64,000 bases of DNA from Candidatus Enterousia sp. Its GTDB lineage: Bacteria; Pseudomonadota; Alphaproteobacteria; Rs-D84. The stretch spans positions 10,254 to 74,253 of the forward strand of contig JAZQCF010000017.1 in the NCBI GenBank assembly GCA_045546075.1, read 5' to 3'. This document shows, piece after piece, positions 61,625 through 64,000 of this stretch (its first letter is position 1; every line of letters starts with the position of its first letter). Below the pieces are notes generated by a model. It was not told the origin of the DNA and searched no databases. It was given only the letters and a program-made list of their open reading frames with translations. The position numbers and the translations under genes were made by a program.

Positions 61625-64000
61625 ATGTCTGGTTTTTTGAGGAGACTTTCCGTAGTTTTATTGGTGATTGCGGCGTGTTTCGCGGGTGTGCGCATTTATG
61701 CCGCGGGCAGTTCATCCAGCAGTTATTATTACACCCTGAACGACGACGGGGCCAAGGTTGCCGCGGTTCCGCATTCGTGGGCCATTGGAACGGTGGCACA
61801 ATTATCATCTTTGCCGTATAAACCGGGATATGGTTTTGCCGGATATTATACGGGCAGTGGTTGTACCGGAAACCAGATTATTGATTATCAGGGTAATGTG
61901 TTAATTTCGCTGGATGCGTCAACGACATTGTATGCCTGTTGGCGGGCGTTAAACCCGATGTGGGATAATACACCGTTGGTTGTGTTGTCCGATAATGGTG
62001 GCAGTGGGGGTGCATTCGCATCATCTTGTGGGACAGATTTTTGGACAAATAGTTTGCATAATGAATATGTGTCATACGGCCATCGTGGTGATTGGGCATA
62101 TATAGATATGCCACGTGGTTATTATTGGTGGGCTTCGCCGTGTACTATGACGTATTCCACGGTCACAACAATGGCATCGTTACCGACACGTTCGGGGTAT
62201 ACTTTCAATGGGTATTATACCGGACAAAACGGGACCGGGACCCAGGTTGTTTATGCAAATGGTAATTTGGTTGATGCGGATACATTGCGCAATGTATTAA
62301 GCAGCAGTGTACCCACAACAATATATGCATATTGGACGGTGGATTATTCCGGGCACTATCGTATCACGCTAAATGATGCCGGCGGCAGTGGCAGTCAGGT
62401 ATCATCCATGGGGACGGACTACAATTTGTATGAAGCTTATGGTGAATGTTACGAATCGGGAACAGGTATAAATCTGTCTACTGGTGCGCCCTTGAATGCT
62501 GTGTGCATTGCCAATATATATGCCACACCAACAAAAACAGGATATAATTTTGGTGGGTATTATACCGGCCAAAATGGAAGTGGGGTTCCAATTATCAATT
62601 CATCGGGGACGATTGTTGGTTCGAATACACAATTTACCGCGCCGGCAACAATATACGCCAAATGGACACCAAAGGTTTTAACCGTCACATTGAATCATAA
62701 CAGTCCGTCAAATTCGCCCGCCCCGTCAACGGTGTATTTGAAATACGCAACCGGTTGGTATTCAAATGCGGCGGCGACATCATCTATAACGAGTATGACA
62801 CGGGTTCCAACCAAAACGAATTACACGTTTGCCGGTTATTGGACCACAAACGCATCCAGCGGGGGTGTTCGCATAATTGATGCGGACGGTAATTTTGAAA
62901 CCACAAGTGCCGCATTACAGGCCTTTTCGGCAAACGGGACGGCCTATGCACGTTGGGTGGCAAATTCGTCAAATCCAACGCCGGTATGGGTGACGGTCAC
63001 GATAAACGACCAATCGGCAACAACAAATTCGTCACCAACGGTTTTATATCGCAATACCAATACGGCCGTTTCGGGGTGTTCGGGTTACAAGGCGACGCAA
63101 TCGTGCAGTGCCACAACGGTGACCAGTATAACCCCGCCAACCAAAACAAACTATACATACGGCGGACATTATACCAGTACGGGTGGTTCGGGGTCCCAGT
63201 GGACAAACGCCAATGGAACCATTTTATATAATGTGACGGCGGATACGACAGTTTACGCAAAATGGACGGCCGATACCGGAACCGTAAGAACCATAACGTT
63301 GAATAAAAACGGTGGTAGTGCTGATTTAGTGATATACGAGAAATATAATGTTGGTTGGTTCCGTGATTCCAACGGTTCGTACCAAATTACGTCGTCTATA
63401 TTTAATCCGACATCGTCTGGTGGTGCGGGTTTAACAAAACCGACATATAGTGGATATGGTTTTGCCGGTTATTTTACGGCGACCAGTGGCGGCAACCAAA
63501 TAATTGATGGCGACGGAAATATTGTTGGCCAACCAGAATATAATGCCAATACCACCTTGTATGCCCAGTGGTACAAGAATACTAAAGTTATCCTAGATCC
63601 AAATGGTGGGACCCAGTGTTCTGTGCGAACCGTGACGGCAACATATGGTGCGTCTATGCCAGAGTTGACATGTGCACCAACATACGACGGGTATATATTT
63701 GTCGGATATTTTGATGACCCGTCTGGTGGAAACCAATACTATACCGACGAATTGCAATCGGCACGTAATTGGGACAAAACTGGATCAAGCGCAACACTTT
63801 ATGCACATTGGGAGGCCGTTCCGACATACAATATCGTATATTATTGTGATAAAGAAGATGTTGAAAATGGAACACCGAATTATACGGACACGGGTATATA
63901 CACCGGCCAAGATTATATGTTCAAGACTCGTGCGGCGGTTGGTTGTTCACCAAAACCCGGTGCAAAGTTTATGGGGTGGGCCGATGATGGTATGGGAACA
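61625..64000 (+). CDS. large secreted InlB B-repeat (Listeria-Bacteroides repeat, Flg_new) protein, 3'-truncated by the window edge
   Basis: Absent from the ORF track because no stop is reached; I translated it by hand from the ATG at 61625 (MSGFLRRLSVVLLVIAACFAGVRIYAAG...). At least eight repeats of the form P.K.GY.F.GYYT...G.G......G........T.YA.W occur. The frame (start mod 3 = 2) has no listed competing ORF. Confidence 0.75.
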   Translation, partial: MSGFLRRLSVVLLVIAACFAGVRIYAAGSSSSSYYYTLNDDGAKVAAVPHSWAIGTVAQLSSLPYKPGYGFAGYYTGSGCTGNQIIDYQGNVLISLDASTTLYACWRALNPMWDNTPLVVLSDNGGSGGAFASSCGTDFWTNSLHNEYVSYGHRGDWAYIDMPRGYYWWASPCTMTYSTVTTMASLPTRSGYTFNGYYTGQNGTGTQVVYANGNLVDADTLRNVLSSSVPTTIYAYWTVDYSGHYRITLNDAGGSGSQVSSMGTDYNLYEAYGECYESGTGINLSTGAPLNAVCIANIYATPTKTGYNFGGYYTGQNGSGVPIINSSGTIVGSNTQFTAPATIYAKWTPKVLTVTLNHNSPSNSPAPSTVYLKYATGWYSNAAATSSITSMTRVPTKTNYTFAGYWTTNASSGGVRIIDADGNFETTSAALQAFSANGTAYARWVANSSNPTPVWVTVTINDQSATTNSSPTVLYRNTNTAVSGCSGYKATQSCSATTVTSITPPTKTNYTYGGHYTSTGGSGSQWTNANGTILYNVTADTTVYAKWTADTGTVRTITLNKNGGSADLVIYEKYNVGWFRDSNGSYQITSSIFNPTSSGGAGLTKPTYSGYGFAGYFTATSGGNQIIDGDGNIVGQPEYNANTTLYAQWYKNTKVILDPNGGTQCSVRTVTATYGASMPELTCAPTYDGYIFVGYFDDPSGGNQYYTDELQSARNWDKTGSSATLYAHWEAVPTYNIVYYCDKEDVENGTPNYTDTGIYTGQDYMFKTRAAVGCSPKPGAKFMGWADDGMGT

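Overview
This is a chromosomal window from what looks like an alphaproteobacterium. Support: a GcrA cell-cycle regulator, a ybgC-tolQ-tolR-tolA-like cluster, a bactofilin-M23 pair and lpxA-lpxB. Everything was read by eye; no alignment, skew or folding was run, and non-CDS coordinates are good to a few nt.

Housekeeping genes: eno, ssb, rho, hisS, prfA, tig, rpsI-rplM, leuS, rpiB, lpxA/lpxB, gcrA, acpS, argS, ruvB and an OmpR/EnvZ-type two-component pair. RNA genes: six tRNAs (Pro-UGG, Ala-CGC, Leu-CAG, Leu-UAA, Val-CAC, Pro-GGG), one tRNA-Leu fragment and RNase P RNA. No rRNA, CRISPR array, transposase or integrase gene was seen.

Between the housekeeping genes are many secreted, Cys-rich or repeat-rich proteins: an autotransporter, a protein with 30-aa tandem repeats, EGF-like and GCC2-like Cys modules, an OmpA-family giant, an InlB B-repeat protein running off the 3' edge, and a small secreted paralog family.

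Main non-genic observations:
1. A near-canonical XerCD dif site at 20605-20632 sits in a 1.2-kb noncoding tract with extra XerC-arm-like motifs and a perfect 22-bp palindrome. The window therefore probably spans the replication terminus and may hold IMEX (Xer-integrated mobile element) scars.
2. The small secreted paralog family shares a 5' module bracketed by 28-bp palindromes. Its inner segment is flipped at one locus relative to the other two, which makes it a candidate invertible promoter switch. A fourth, truncated copy breaks exactly at such a palindrome.
3. Tandem TTAGTGR heptamers begin at or next to the stop codons of several genes. They place stop codons in all six frames and sometimes form a roughly 120-bp palindromic 3' element with a conserved core.
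4. Integration-like scars: a 51-bp duplication of the leuS 3' end flanking a 464-bp insert, direct repeats of the 3' ends of both tRNA-Pro genes, and 30-nt tandem repeats abutting tRNA CCA ends.
5. An operon led by an A24 prepilin peptidase encodes only novel secreted proteins, next to a GH108-like muramidase that shares a 30-aa module with one of them.
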